Shown: positions 8,040 to 19,300 of the stretch, piece after piece
Numbering within the stretch: the first letter of the stretch is position 1
How the letters are laid out: each line of letters opens with the position of its first letter
IMG/VR virus record: IMGVR_UViG_3300023235_000025
DNA: 62,076 nt
From: a virus
Reading direction: 5' to 3' (one strand)
Notes under the pieces: generated by a model
Told to the model about the DNA's origin: nothing
Databases searched by the model: none
The model's input: only the letters and a program-made list of their open reading frames with translations
Program-made: the position numbers and the translations under genes

Positions 8040-8279
8040 ATGAAAACAAACTTTGATAAAATGCGAGAACTAAATAAATCTATTTTAGAGGATGCAGAAA
8101 TTAAAATGCTTCTTGAACAAAAAACCAAACTATTAAACAGGCTTACCCCTAAATACTTGGTCAATAAAGAAACAAATACTGCAACTGCGATACTTGACGA
8201 AAATGAAGTTGAAATGCTGGATAAAATAGATTTATTGGTAAAACACAGAACGGAACAAATTAAAAGGCACTATGCTTAA
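8040..8279 (+). CDS. Hypothetical protein
   Basis: 79-aa ORF. Confidence 0.5.
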   Translation: MKTNFDKMRELNKSILEDAEIKMLLEQKTKLLNRLTPKYLVNKETNTATAILDENEVEMLDKIDLLVKHRTEQIKRHYA

Positions 8280-8449
8280 TTTTTGTTATACGTTGTTATG
8301 TGCTTTTTTAATTGAAGAGTTATTTTAATTTATTTATAACAGCAAAGTATAAGGTTAGTACGCTTTGCACAAACGTTTAAATTAAAGTACTGACCATCAT
8401 AGCGTATTAACTTTATACAATGTTGTACTCTTTTAAAATTACGGATAAA

Positions 8450-8659
8450 ATGAACAAACTTATAATAGATAACCGCACAGAATTATCAGATATTAATGTA
8501 GTTACTTTAGTTGGCAAAGTGATTAATCAAGGTAGGATTAGCAATGATAATAAGCAGTATTGCTATGGAACAGGAATAACGATTGAAGATAAAGAATATA
8601 TGATATGGACATACCTTAATAAAAAGAGTGATAGGTTTGTTATAACGACAAGTCAGTAA
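8450..8659 (+). CDS. Hypothetical protein
   Basis: Track ORF 8420..8659. The ATG at 8420 lies inside the conserved TATACA box, so the start at 8450 is preferred. Confidence 0.45.
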   Translation: MNKLIIDNRTELSDINVVTLVGKVINQGRISNDNKQYCYGTGITIEDKEYMIWTYLNKKSDRFVITTSQ

Positions 8660-8733
8660 TTTTTATTGCTACTAAACGCTCGTGGGTATGGTTAGTTGCG
8701 TTGAATGATAACAGGATTTAATAAATAAACGAA

Positions 8734-9045
8734 ATGAAAAAAGCAGAATTTATAAAAATAGTAAGTAAGATTGAAGATACTTTTGAAGATGAATTTAGAG
8801 CAGAATTTAATAGCCCTGAACTTATTTGGGAAGCACTAATAAAGCAATTAACTATACCCGTTGTTGTGAAATCGTTGCCACAGGATAACTTTTGCATAGT
8901 ATGCAACTTACCAACGGATGGCGAAAAGTGTTATAGTAAGCGATGCCCTGTATATTGGCTATGTTTTACAACTCGTTTATTAACGTATTACGCTTTTTCA
9001 CACCTAAAAAAATCATTTTTAAATTTCAATAGAAAATATCAATGA
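8734..9045 (+). CDS. Hypothetical protein; last 26 codons are encoded by the 80-bp repeat module
   Basis: 103-aa ORF. The C-terminus ...FTTRLLTYYAFSHLKKSFLNFNRKYQ lies inside repeat 8968-9047. Confidence 0.5.
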   Translation: MKKAEFIKIVSKIEDTFEDEFRAEFNSPELIWEALIKQLTIPVVVKSLPQDNFCIVCNLPTDGEKCYSKRCPVYWLCFTTRLLTYYAFSHLKKSFLNFNRKYQ

Positions 9046-9047
9046 TA
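8968..9047 (+). repeat. 80-bp exact direct repeat, copy A
   Basis: Identical to 60735-60814, checked base by base. Includes the ATGATA start of the downstream ORF. Confidence 0.95.
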
Positions 9048-9212
9048 GTACGATCTAAAGTGACCCAAACAATAAAAAGGAAGACGAAAAAACCTATAAT
9101 ATTGTGCTATGAAGGAGATATTTTAAATGTGACAGCCGACCATGGGAATGTATTAATCGTTTTTAAAGACGGGTATTTCCCAATAAAAAAAATCAGAAAT
9201 AGAGGATATTGA
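9042..9212 (+). CDS. Hypothetical protein (56 aa)
   Basis: ORF below the track cutoff. Its ATG-ATA start is part of the 80-bp repeat. It ends 1 nt before the next ATG. Confidence 0.45.
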   Translation: MIVRSKVTQTIKRKTKKPIILCYEGDILNVTADHGNVLIVFKDGYFPIKKIRNRGY

Positions 9213-9213
9213 C

Positions 9214-9408
9214 ATGACAAAAGAGAAATTATTAGAAGTTGTAAAACACACAGTAAGTAGAGTGAAAGACTCTGATCATTTTCCGTTCGCTATACTAAGC
9301 GGTATTTTAGAGAACAAAATATGGAAACCAGACTTCATCAATATGGTGAAGGATTCAGATATTAACGAACCATTTAAAAATAAAATACTCGATGAGATCA
9401 ATAAATAA
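9214..9408 (+). CDS. Hypothetical protein
   Basis: 64-aa ORF. Confidence 0.5.
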   Translation: MTKEKLLEVVKHTVSRVKDSDHFPFAILSGILENKIWKPDFINMVKDSDINEPFKNKILDEINK

Positions 9409-9976
9409 ATTCACAATAGATTACCCGATGCTCCAGGATGATAAAATCAGGCACGGAACGTTAGTTCTTCACGATTTTAAAGACATCAAGCCGGAATGGA
9501 AGCTTATTCTTCATGGAAAAGTGATTCACAGTCCAGTATCTAAGAAGCACAAGGATTTAAAAAAAGGAGATACCATTTATTTCCATTACCTAGAGGCTGA
9601 CGAAGACAATATGATGGATGGAATGCTATTTGTCGACGCTTTGAAAGTATTCTGCTATGTGAGAGACGGGGTTATTCACACGTATAATGATTTTGTTTTA
9701 ACTGTTCCTGCCTATCCTGAAAACACTCAAAAAATAGACGTGGACGGAAAAGAGATAACTGCATTCGTTGGGAAGTCTGGTTTAGTCGAAAAAATAGACA
9801 TCGAGCACAGTAAGAACCTTACGAGAGTTCTTCACTGTGATGATAACACATTAGGGCTTAATCCGGATGATGTGGTTATAATGAGAAAAAGTAGTGACCA
9901 ATTCTATAAAATCGAAGGTAGGGATATGTTTCCTATTCCAGAGAGGGATATTGTAGGTAAGTATTCAAAATGGTAA
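9392..9976 (+). CDS. Hypothetical protein
   Basis: 194-aa ORF. Confidence 0.55.
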   Translation: MRSINKFTIDYPMLQDDKIRHGTLVLHDFKDIKPEWKLILHGKVIHSPVSKKHKDLKKGDTIYFHYLEADEDNMMDGMLFVDALKVFCYVRDGVIHTYNDFVLTVPAYPENTQKIDVDGKEITAFVGKSGLVEKIDIEHSKNLTRVLHCDDNTLGLNPDDVVIMRKSSDQFYKIEGRDMFPIPERDIVGKYSKW

Positions 9977-10043
9977 CACAAAGATAAAATCCGTTTCAAT
10001 GGCTTTTATCAACTGTTATAAATATTCAACTTAAATAAAAACA

Positions 10044-10214
10044 ATGGAAAAGATATTAACAACACACATTAATCCACCTATTCCGGTAAGGGATTACGAT
10101 TGGGAAGCAGTAAGGGCTAATTATGATGAGGGTGATTTAATAGGGTACGGAAAGACTGAAAAGGAGGCCGTAAAAGCCTTGTTACTTGAAGAAAGCGAAA
10201 AGTTGGATTTATGA
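10044..10214 (+). CDS. Hypothetical protein (56 aa)
   Basis: ORF below the track cutoff: MEKILTTHINPPIPVRDYDWEAVRANYDEGDLIGYGKTEKEAVKALL... Confidence 0.45.
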   Translation: MEKILTTHINPPIPVRDYDWEAVRANYDEGDLIGYGKTEKEAVKALLLEESEKLDL

Positions 10215-10395
10215 GGATGAATTGCAAAGGCTGTGTGGTGGCTAATGCACTACAACGTTGAGTATAAAAATTGAAGCCGTAAAAAGGCAGTAAGATTGAG
10301 TTAAAAAATAAGTTAATTAACAGACAAAGGCTTTTAAATTAAGCACCTTAACAGGCTTTTGTTTTTATACATTGTTAGGGTGCGTTTTTTTTTAT

Positions 10396-10596
10396 ATGAA
10401 AACGCTGTTTGAAAAGAAGAAAAAATTAATAAAACAACTGAATAAAGTCAATTTTGAATTAGATAGAAAAATTGAAGATAAATGGGGATTTAGTTATTCT
10501 GATACTGATGATGATGCAATGATTGACACACTTGATTATGGCACACAATCAATTTCTTTAACCAAAACAGCTAACAGCCCATTTAAACGTAGTTAA
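10396..10596 (+). CDS. Hypothetical protein
   Basis: The ATG at 10396 lies 30 nt downstream of a TATACA box. The track start at 10372 is a non-ATG codon. Confidence 0.45.
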   Translation: MKTLFEKKKKLIKQLNKVNFELDRKIEDKWGFSYSDTDDDAMIDTLDYGTQSISLTKTANSPFKRS

Positions 10597-10598
10597 TT

Positions 10599-10874
10599 AT
10601 GGTAATAGATGAATACATAAACAACCAAAGAATCGCCTACGTTTTACCTTACCCTCCTGAAATGAAAAAGGGGGCTAGATTTAACTCCAATAGCACGGTG
10701 AAGAATAGGTTGAGAATGATGTTTTTTGAGGATAATTTTACAGGAGGCAAGGTTATTAGGCTCCCTAAAATAGAGCAAGTGCCCGATGAATGGGTTAAAA
10801 AAAATATAAACGAGTGCTTCCGGTCTTTATGTGAAGCGGATTGGCATTTTACAAATAGAGAAAAATGGATTTAG
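10599..10874 (+). CDS. Hypothetical protein
   Basis: 91-aa ORF. Confidence 0.5.
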   Translation: MVIDEYINNQRIAYVLPYPPEMKKGARFNSNSTVKNRLRMMFFEDNFTGGKVIRLPKIEQVPDEWVKKNINECFRSLCEADWHFTNREKWI

Positions 10875-11512
10875 CAACGAATTTAAAAGCTCACAAATGG
10901 CTATTTAATATTGACGGTGAGCACAGGGATTTCCGATTATCAGATAAACGGATTGAGGATATTAAATCATGGAAAGACTACCCGAACAATAAGCAGTTTA
11001 ATGAAATAATGCTGTATATCCTCTTCATGTACCAAGAAGACAGCCCGATAGTGAAGAAATTCAGCGGTGATCTAGGGAAAAGACGAGAAGAAGCCATTAA
11101 AGAGTCGGGATTATCAGGCGAATTAGCGGAATGTATGCAATTAATGACTGTAGATCCAGGTGGGGAAATCGAAAATCCTATGAAGAAAATATTTGACAAG
11201 GTAATTAAAATGATCCTTGACTTCCTGATGTACCAAGGGGATATAGATTGGGCAAATATTTGTATATTCGAGAGTCTATTCCTTGAGTATTCAACCATCC
11301 TAATGAAAGGGATTAGTAATGTGAAGAACGATAAAGACCTGGTAGCTGCCACTAATGCCAAGAAAGTTACCCTAGAAGAGTATATGAAAGTAACCGAAGC
11401 GCTAAAAGAGACTAAGAATCGATTCTACAATGGAGACACTAGCCTTCAGGCGGTTGCTGAGAAAAAAATGAGATTTACTCCAGAAGGAATATCAAAAATG
11501 AATAAGAAATGA
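10865..11512 (+). CDS. Hypothetical protein
   Basis: 215-aa ORF that overlaps both neighbours by a few nt. Confidence 0.55.
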   Translation: MDLATNLKAHKWLFNIDGEHRDFRLSDKRIEDIKSWKDYPNNKQFNEIMLYILFMYQEDSPIVKKFSGDLGKRREEAIKESGLSGELAECMQLMTVDPGGEIENPMKKIFDKVIKMILDFLMYQGDIDWANICIFESLFLEYSTILMKGISNVKNDKDLVAATNAKKVTLEEYMKVTEALKETKNRFYNGDTSLQAVAEKKMRFTPEGISKMNKK

Positions 11513-11868
11513 ACAGGAAACAGAGAAGATCGATAAACACCAGGGCTAAAAAGGTATGTAAAAAGTCACTTTTAAAAAAGGGAAGAATTCAGAAAAGGCT
11601 TGATTCTATAGGGTTTCCTAATGGGATGGAAGAAGTAAATGAGTATAAAAAGATGTGGATTGGCTACATCCGAATTACTGGCCCAAAAGCAGTGCCTACG
11701 ACTACTTATAGACTTGGTAGACTAATGATCCGGTATAACATAGAAAACCTGTACATTGCCCTATTTGGCTATGTTTTGAAAATAAAAAACTGGACGATAA
11801 GAACCAAATTAAAACCAAGAGGATCATTCTTCAATTACGTAGTGACATTAAGAAAGAGGAAGGCTTAA
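11509..11868 (+). CDS. Hypothetical basic protein
   Basis: 119-aa ORF, Arg/Lys-rich. ATGA overlap with the upstream gene. Confidence 0.5.
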   Translation: MNRKQRRSINTRAKKVCKKSLLKKGRIQKRLDSIGFPNGMEEVNEYKKMWIGYIRITGPKAVPTTTYRLGRLMIRYNIENLYIALFGYVLKIKNWTIRTKLKPRGSFFNYVVTLRKRKA

Positions 11869-11882
11869 CTAAAAGAGTAATT

Positions 11883-12374
11883 ATGGAGACGTTAAAAAAA
11901 ATATGCAAAGGAATTGAACCTGGGTCTAATTTAATTATTGTCTGTCCTGACGATGTGTATAAAGCTATCGATAGTGAAATTTCAGAGGTGTTTCATCGTC
12001 CTCCCCATAAAGACGCTAATGGGTTCAAAAATATTTCGTTTACGGGTGTAGAAATTAAGTATATTAGAGACGTAGATTTAAGCCATAGCAAAGAACCTAA
12101 AAGCTGCATGTACGGGATAGAGCACGCTATTACCACTAGGAGGCGGGATGGAAATACTACTAGATGCGTAAACAATACCATTGATATGATGTTTAAAGGG
12201 GAAATGGTAATACTCGAAGATCACCCTCACCATCTTAAATCAAAACCCTCACCTAGACACCTTCTTGAAAAGATACTAAATAGAATCAATCAGGAATACC
12301 ACATAAATAATGACGGAATAGACATCTCCCTCCTTAATGGAAAAACCGTGATCAGCTTTAAAAACCCTTTTTAA
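11883..12374 (+). CDS. Hypothetical protein (last gene of the plus-strand arm)
   Basis: 163-aa ORF. Its stop shares a TTAA with the stop of the convergent minus-strand gene. Confidence 0.55.
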   Translation: METLKKICKGIEPGSNLIIVCPDDVYKAIDSEISEVFHRPPHKDANGFKNISFTGVEIKYIRDVDLSHSKEPKSCMYGIEHAITTRRRDGNTTRCVNNTIDMMFKGEMVILEDHPHHLKSKPSPRHLLEKILNRINQEYHINNDGIDISLLNGKTVISFKNPF

Positions 12375-12949
12375 AAAACCTTTCTCTTAATTCCTATCGA
12401 ATGTGATTTCATTGTCACGCTGTAGTCATACCCAAACATCCAATTATTATCAAGGTATGTGGCTCCTACTGAGAAGTATATTTTATCCGAAACAGATCCA
12501 CCCAAATACAATCCTTTTGGGTGGATTATTTTTGTAGTCTCCTTTGTGATTGTATTTGTTATGTGAGGTATTTTAAAATCATTCTCAATGGATATATTCA
12601 GCATCTCTCCTGCTACTATAGCGTCGTAGGTAGTGTTACCATATAAGAACGGTTGCGACCCTGAGAAACGCTTCAAAGGTGCCTCGAATGGTTTGTTTTG
12701 GGATACAGTATCATGAACTAATATTACATTTGCCGGAATATCGTACAGATCTTTGTAAAATTCTATAGAATCTGACAAGCTTATCCTTTCCAAGGAAATA
12801 GAATCGTACTTTTCCTTGTACTCTACGTAGGTAGAATCAATGACTATAGTCTCATTTTCTATAACGGTCACTTCTGGCCAGAAGAAGAATTTCATTAGAA
12901 ACATTCCTATAGCCACTCCTATTACTCCAAAAATTATGCGGTTATCCAT
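12371..12949 (-). CDS. Membrane-anchored protein downstream of the endolysin (possible lysis accessory)
   Basis: N-terminal hydrophobic segment IIFGVIGVAIGMFLMKFFFW. C-terminus ends in ...GIKRKVF. Overlaps the amidase gene. Confidence 0.5.
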   Translation of the reverse strand: MDNRIIFGVIGVAIGMFLMKFFFWPEVTVIENETIVIDSTYVEYKEKYDSISLERISLSDSIEFYKDLYDIPANVILVHDTVSQNKPFEAPLKRFSGSQPFLYGNTTYDAIVAGEMLNISIENDFKIPHITNTITKETTKIIHPKGLYLGGSVSDKIYFSVGATYLDNNWMFGYDYSVTMKSHSIGIKRKVF

Positions 12950-13341
12950 GAATATTCAGAACAATCAAATTGAGGGCATGATTTTGCAACTCCAGGGAAA
13001 TCACGATGCCCTTGTATTATTACATCCTTTGGATTCTCAATCCACTCTACAGCCTCTTTTATACATGTAAGTATTGCTGCTTTTTGTTCAGGCGTTCTAT
13101 CGTCAGAAAATTCGCCTCCAATGTAGCAAATATGGATTGAATTAGAATTATGTCCCCCAACCCCATTTGTTACCTGTTCAAAATCTGCCAATTTATTAAT
13201 TTTACCGCTTGATTCTATTAACCTGTGATACCCGACCTGTTTCCATTTTTTAATTTCTTTCCAGTATCTAAGAATGGAGTCTACAGATTGATCTTGCCTT
13301 GCTCCGGTGCAGTGGATTACTATGTGTGTTATATTTCTCAT
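12934..13341 (-). CDS. N-acetylmuramoyl-L-alanine amidase (Amidase_2/PGRP-type endolysin)
   Basis: THIVIHCTG...GYHRLI...NSNSIHICYIGG...IIQGHRDFPGVAKSCPQFD matches T7-lysozyme/PGRP zinc-amidase motifs. Confidence 0.85.
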   Translation of the reverse strand: MRNITHIVIHCTGARQDQSVDSILRYWKEIKKWKQVGYHRLIESSGKINKLADFEQVTNGVGGHNSNSIHICYIGGEFSDDRTPEQKAAILTCIKEAVEWIENPKDVIIQGHRDFPGVAKSCPQFDCSEYSWITA

Positions 13342-16300
13342 TCTTTTTTCTTGGTTCCAATGTTAATTGATGGAGTATATGCGTCTTTTGATACTTTGTC
13401 AGCCTTTTCCATTGTTTCGTACATTATTTTAAGCTGAATTGCTCTGATATCTTTATAGAACGGGATGTAGCCCATGTTTCCAAATACTTCCAATGGGGTT
13501 CTATGCAATAATTCGTTTCTATACTTCTCTCTGGTAGTCTCTTTCGATTTTTCATCAGTAGCTCTTTTTATAGCCGTTCCCGCCCGTGCCACTGTCTTTA
13601 CTAACGGGGATAATGGCCCAGATGCATTTTCTAAAGATGCTTGGAACACTGATTTGCTTGATGTTTGCTCTATTGGAATCAGAGGATAAACTATATTATC
13701 ACCGAACCCATCGTAATCACCTTCATATGTAATTCCCTCTCCATATTTCTTATTCAGCTTCTCAACTGCGTAATTTATAGGGACTTTTGAGAAATTACCT
13801 AAATTCCTATTTACAGATAGCATAGCCACAATAGTTAACGCTTGTTTAGTCCAGTACTCTTTGGAAGCCAAGCTCTGCTCTTCTTCGTCTTCCATCTCAT
13901 ACCCTAGAACGGAGACTATTCCTCTGTATGCAAAATTAAGAAGCGTTCCTGTCATTACTGAGTAAGTTACAAGCCTAGCGCTTAACGCTGCCAACAGTTT
14001 TATAGCGTCAGGTTTTGATAGCATACCGTTATCCACTAAGCTGTAAGTGGCTCTTAGAGCTGAATTATATTCATAAGTAGGGAATTTAGTCATAAATCCA
14101 TTAAACGCTTTATAAAAAGGGGTTATCCAATTCTTTGACCTCCCGATATGATTCCTAGGTATTCCGTCGAATGGATTGGAAGAGGCCACAGCCTCAATCA
14201 TAACATCATCCGCTACGGCTACAGATTCGTTTAACGCATCTGAATTATCATTCATATAATCCAGATCATTATTTGCTATCTTATCCATGTCTGGCTTTTT
14301 TCCTGTTATCTTCTCAAATTCTGTAGAAAAAGACCCAAACCACATAGGTCTAGCAATCAGTTGGTCTGGCTTAGATAAAAGAAAGGACTGTATATTGTCA
14401 ACCGTTTTATAGACTGCGTTGTCTTTCACCCCTTTAAAAGCCTGCCCCGCCTTTTTCTGAAGTATGGGACCTATATTATCAGATAGCTTGTACGTTGGGT
14501 CGTTTTTTAACTTAGATAAAAGCTCTTTAATGGTCTCATTGTATGATGTGACTTTATTGATTTCTTTCATAGATGATCCAGAGAAGTCAATATGCTTACC
14601 ACTCATCCCCGTATAATCAAATAATCTAGTAGACTGAGTGGTGCCTAGATTTGTGGCAGCCTTAGACATGTCGGACAAGCTCATCTCTCCCGCCATTTCT
14701 ATACCCCTCATTGTTTCGTCGCCCTTATATATCATAGCAAACACTGCGTTAGAGGTCATTTCAGACGCAGATCTACCTAATCCTCCGAGCATTGATTGAT
14801 ACCCCTTCCTTATAGCTTCTTCAGATATCTGATCCAACAAATGCTTGTTACCTAGTATATCCGCAAAAACACTCTCCATTACCTCATTATAAACCCCGTT
14901 GATAGACGCTACGTTGTCAATCTCTGATTCTGTTGACGCTTCTTTTTTTAGGTAAGACATAGTTTTTTTGACTTCTCTGTCAGCGGGAGTCATATGGTAA
15001 TCTAACAGTGTCTTTCTTGCCCCGGATATTACATTATCAAAGATATCAAAAGATATAGCGTGAGCCTTCCCCGATCTTTCAATTAAGCTTCCGCCTTTAG
15101 TGGAAACCCTGACCCCTGTTCTGTTTAATTCCTTTATATCTGGACCTTCTCTTAATCCTCCTTTTACCGCTAACGGTACGTGGATATAGTTCTCGTATAT
15201 AGGAACTCTATTACCTCTTATGATAGTAGCGGTATGGTCTGCTTTTGGCTTTAATCCATTATTAACACCCTCTAAGATTTTCAGTACCTTTTTTTCGTCC
15301 TGACTTAGGCTGGCTATAGCCTTTTTTAGGTCAAACTCCCCTTCGGTTGCGCTTTCATTAAAAATACTCTCTATCTTATCTTTCGATTCCTTTGTGTATA
15401 TGGAATCTTTATCTTCTACTGTGGCATCCATCCATTCTTTTGCGGAGTGAGTTTTACCATCAGGGGTTGACATGAACTCCCTTTGAACGGCAATCATCAT
15501 TAATTTAGCCCTTACTTCAAATTGTTTTGACTCAGGGATTAATGATTCTGCTTTTATCAACCTCTCAGTAATGGTATTAACCTCCTGCTCAAATGAGCTA
15601 AACGCCCTACCTATTTTTCTGAAAGTGCTCCTGTAAACAGAGGTGTTTTTGAAGTTGCCTATAGTCTGATCAATGTATGGGGTGGGATTCCTTTTCACCT
15701 TCTCCTTTATCGTGCTAGTAGACCCAGGGGATATTGCATTTTTTATACCCGCCTTTGTAGCCGATATAAAATCCATCCACCTACTTTTAGCATCAAAAAT
15801 AACGTCTTTTATTTTTTTACCAGACCTGACACCTTCGACTTTTTGCCTCATATTCTCAGCCGAATGAGTATAGAAACCGTTGGAAACATTGTCGATTATC
15901 TGCCCTAAGTGCTGAATCTCCCTGTAAGAAAGAGAGTCTAAATCGCTCGGTGTTATTGATTTCAAGAATTTTATAATAGAATATTCGTATTGATTAGAGC
16001 CCTTTACATCTAAGGCATTTTTCTTGCTCAAAGTTTCTCTTCTCGCTTCTGCAATATCTTGATCGGGAGTACTACTTACTTCCGGTGAGAATATATCGTC
16101 CTTCATCAGCTTCATGAAATCAGCATCCTCTTGGTCTATTTCCCCATCCTTAACCATTTGGTCTACTGTTTTTTCAAATGATTCCTTACCGGATTTAGTG
16201 TATTGCTTGTTGTCGAACCCTTCATAAGTAAGAGCTAAGTCTGATACTCTTGAGTTTTGGTCAGAAATAGCATCCATGACTTTATTGACTCTTGTGTTCA

Positions 16301-19300
16301 ATAAGGCTTTTTCAGACAAATTTAAATTGGACTTTCTTTCTCCTATTTCATTTAAGATTGATTCATACTCATTAAACACCTCATTAGGCACTATTTTTGG
16401 GTTTAATTTAAGCATTCTGTCCAGTGGGCTATTTGGAGATAATGTTCCAATTCTACCTTTTTTAACATTATTTTTAGCTGTAGCAATCTTAGATCTAGCT
16501 CCTTTTAACCTCTTTCTTGTTCCAGACTTAGCTATTACGTCAAAAATAGCATCAATAGCCTTATTGACTGATCTTTCTGTTTTGGCTTTGTTTAATTCAG
16601 TAACTATTTTGTTTATTTCGGACTTAGTAAAATCATCAAGAGGAGTGTCTTTTATATCATCTTTCACAAATTTGGTTACAATATTTTTCATTGCCTGAAC
16701 CTTATCTGATTTGTCCTTGGCTTTTTTACTAGCAACTTTTACTCCCTCTTTAAAACCTTCTTTTGCTGCTTTAACCCTGCTCCTGAGATCTTTTTTCATC
16801 TCGTTATACTCATTTACAGATGTGTCTTTTTCTTTTGATGGCTTTCCCTCAGTGGATTCCTTTATCTGCTGCTTGATAGATAACGGCTTTGCTTCTTTTT
16901 TTCTGGATTTAAGGGGTATTCCTTTGGTATCCTTTTTAGTTTCTGACAATCTAAATTTGCTAATACCTTCTATAGATTCATTATTTGGATTGCTTTTTGA
17001 CAAGTTATATATGTAAGATGACTTTATAGCATCAAAGTTTTCTATAAGTTTCTCTGACCCTATGTTATCTCTTATCCATTCTACTAATTGCTCAAATGTA
17101 TTAATTCCAAGTTTACCTGCTTTAACTATTATTTTACCAGCTATAGCTAATTGATCAGGAGAAACGCCACCAGACGTAAGATTATTTTTTCCAGCATCAA
17201 AAAAATCACTAAATAGATTAGTTATTTCTTCTTTAATTTCTTTTGATTTTTTTGATAGATCTTTCTTTTTTGGCTGTGTTTTTTCTGTTTTAGTGTTTTT
17301 ACTGTCAGTCAACTCTACAATATTATCAACCATTGCAGCAGGATATCTTCCTCTGTCTGGTGATTCTACAGACCCATCTTCATTAAGCCTACCTTCTATG
17401 AATTCCCCGAATAAAGTAAATCCTATTTTTGGCCTGGCGTCTTCCTTTTCAATTTTAGTTTCTTCGGGGATTACTTCCTCTGTTTTTTCAGGAATAATCT
17501 CTATTTTAACCTTTTCCTTGGGTTCTTTTTGAGGAACTTCTGGCTCTGGTATTTGCTCATCTTTAGACTGTTTCGACTGTTTAACTTCTTGCTTCTCTTG
17601 GTTCTTTAATTCGTAATCAGCTAATGATTTCGGCACAGTCACCCTTATTATTTCTTCTCCCTTATCATTTGTCCCCCTTGATGATACCCTATCTTTGAAA
17701 ACATCAGGGATTTCATCCTCTTTATTATAGGTGAATGTTACAAGATCTCCATTTATAGCTTCCTCATACTGCTGTTCATCTGATGGTTTGTCTACCTGAA
17801 CTTGTTCACTAACTCCTTCAACATCGGATTTTTCTCCACCATTTTCATTAACAGGAAGTTCCTTTCCTTCACCGTCTTGGCTATCTGCTGGTTTTGCTTC
17901 ATTCTCGGGTTCAATGATTGGTTCATCTTCTTTAGTGATTTCTTTTTTCTTTGCGACAACCGAGTAGTCAGTTTCAGCGTATGGGTCAGATTTGTTTGTG
18001 TTGTCAACTATCGAAAACTCCATGTTAGGGTATTTCTCAGACAATGCATCCACCTTAGAGTTAGCTTCTGCTTCACTCATCCCTTCCTCTACTGCCTCAA
18101 TAGTCCCGTCAGGGTTTTCAATAAAGTCCATTTCAGACTCATTTACTTGTAGTTTTTTAACACTGGTATTCTCTAAGTTTTCTACGCTCTCTTTTTTAGC
18201 TTCTTTTTTCTTTGCGACAACAAAGTAGCCAGTCTCAGCGTATGGGTCAGATTTGTTTGTGTTGTCAACTATCGAAAACTCCATGTTAGGGTATTTTTCA
18301 GACAATGCATCCACCTTAGAGTTAGCTTCTGCTTCACTCATCCCTTCCTCTACTGCCTCAATAGTCCCATCAGGCATTTCTATAAAGTCCATTTCGGACT
18401 CATTTACTTGTAGTGTTATAACACTGGTATTCTCTAAGTTTTCTACGCTCTCTTTTAATGATTCATTATTCTGATCAATGGATTTTATTTTTGACTCGAG
18501 CTCTTTTATAGACTTGTCTATAATATCCTTATTGGCGCCAGAGAAATTCCCTCTTCTTTTTGTTAGTGCGCTCATAGCGGTATTCATCAAGAAGCCTACC
18601 GTTCCGCCTATAGCGCCTTCCTCACCTACGCCATCAAGTATTTCCCTGTTGAAATCATAAATTCTTTGAGCTGACATATTAGCAAAGGTTGCTTGCCACA
18701 TCTCAGTAACCGCTTCCTCCGTAAACCCTACAGCTCCATCCTTGACTACGCTTAATATTTTGGCCCCGGGTTCTATTTTCTTGATCCTAGAGAACATACT
18801 TTGAACTGGAAGAGACTCCATTACAGATCCTACGATAAAGTTTTCTATGGCATATTGAAGAGCCTCGTCTTCTGTGGCCCCTGATTCAATAGCCTCTTTA
18901 TACATTGGTGCAGCCATTTGAGAACCGCCTATCAACCCCTGTTTAGAACCTACTCTGCTCAATACTTCTTTTCCTGCTTTTATATAAGGAGTTAGTTTTG
19001 TACCTTTAATTAGAGCTGTTTTTACTAATTGAGCGGTGCCCGATTGCCCTCCGGTTAAAACCATTGGTACTATTTGCCCTAATCCGGCAACTACCCCGCC
19101 TCCAAAAGTCTGTTCATCCCCTTCATTTACAGGGTAAAGCTCTTCTGTAAACTTCCTCCAATCGTCCGCTATTTTAAACGTTCCTATATCAGACGCTTTC
19201 AGCTCTTTATTTGCAGGTTTTCCAATAACAGGAACATTAGCTAATTGTCTCTCTGTAAAAGCACTAGCGATAGCCCACGCTTCTAATATGTCTGCTGGAG

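Noticed and set aside
10865-11512. Small terminase subunit assignment for the 215-aa plus-strand ORF
   Set aside because: It is on the strand opposite terL and about 30 kb from it, and I recognised no DNA-binding motif. It is left as hypothetical.
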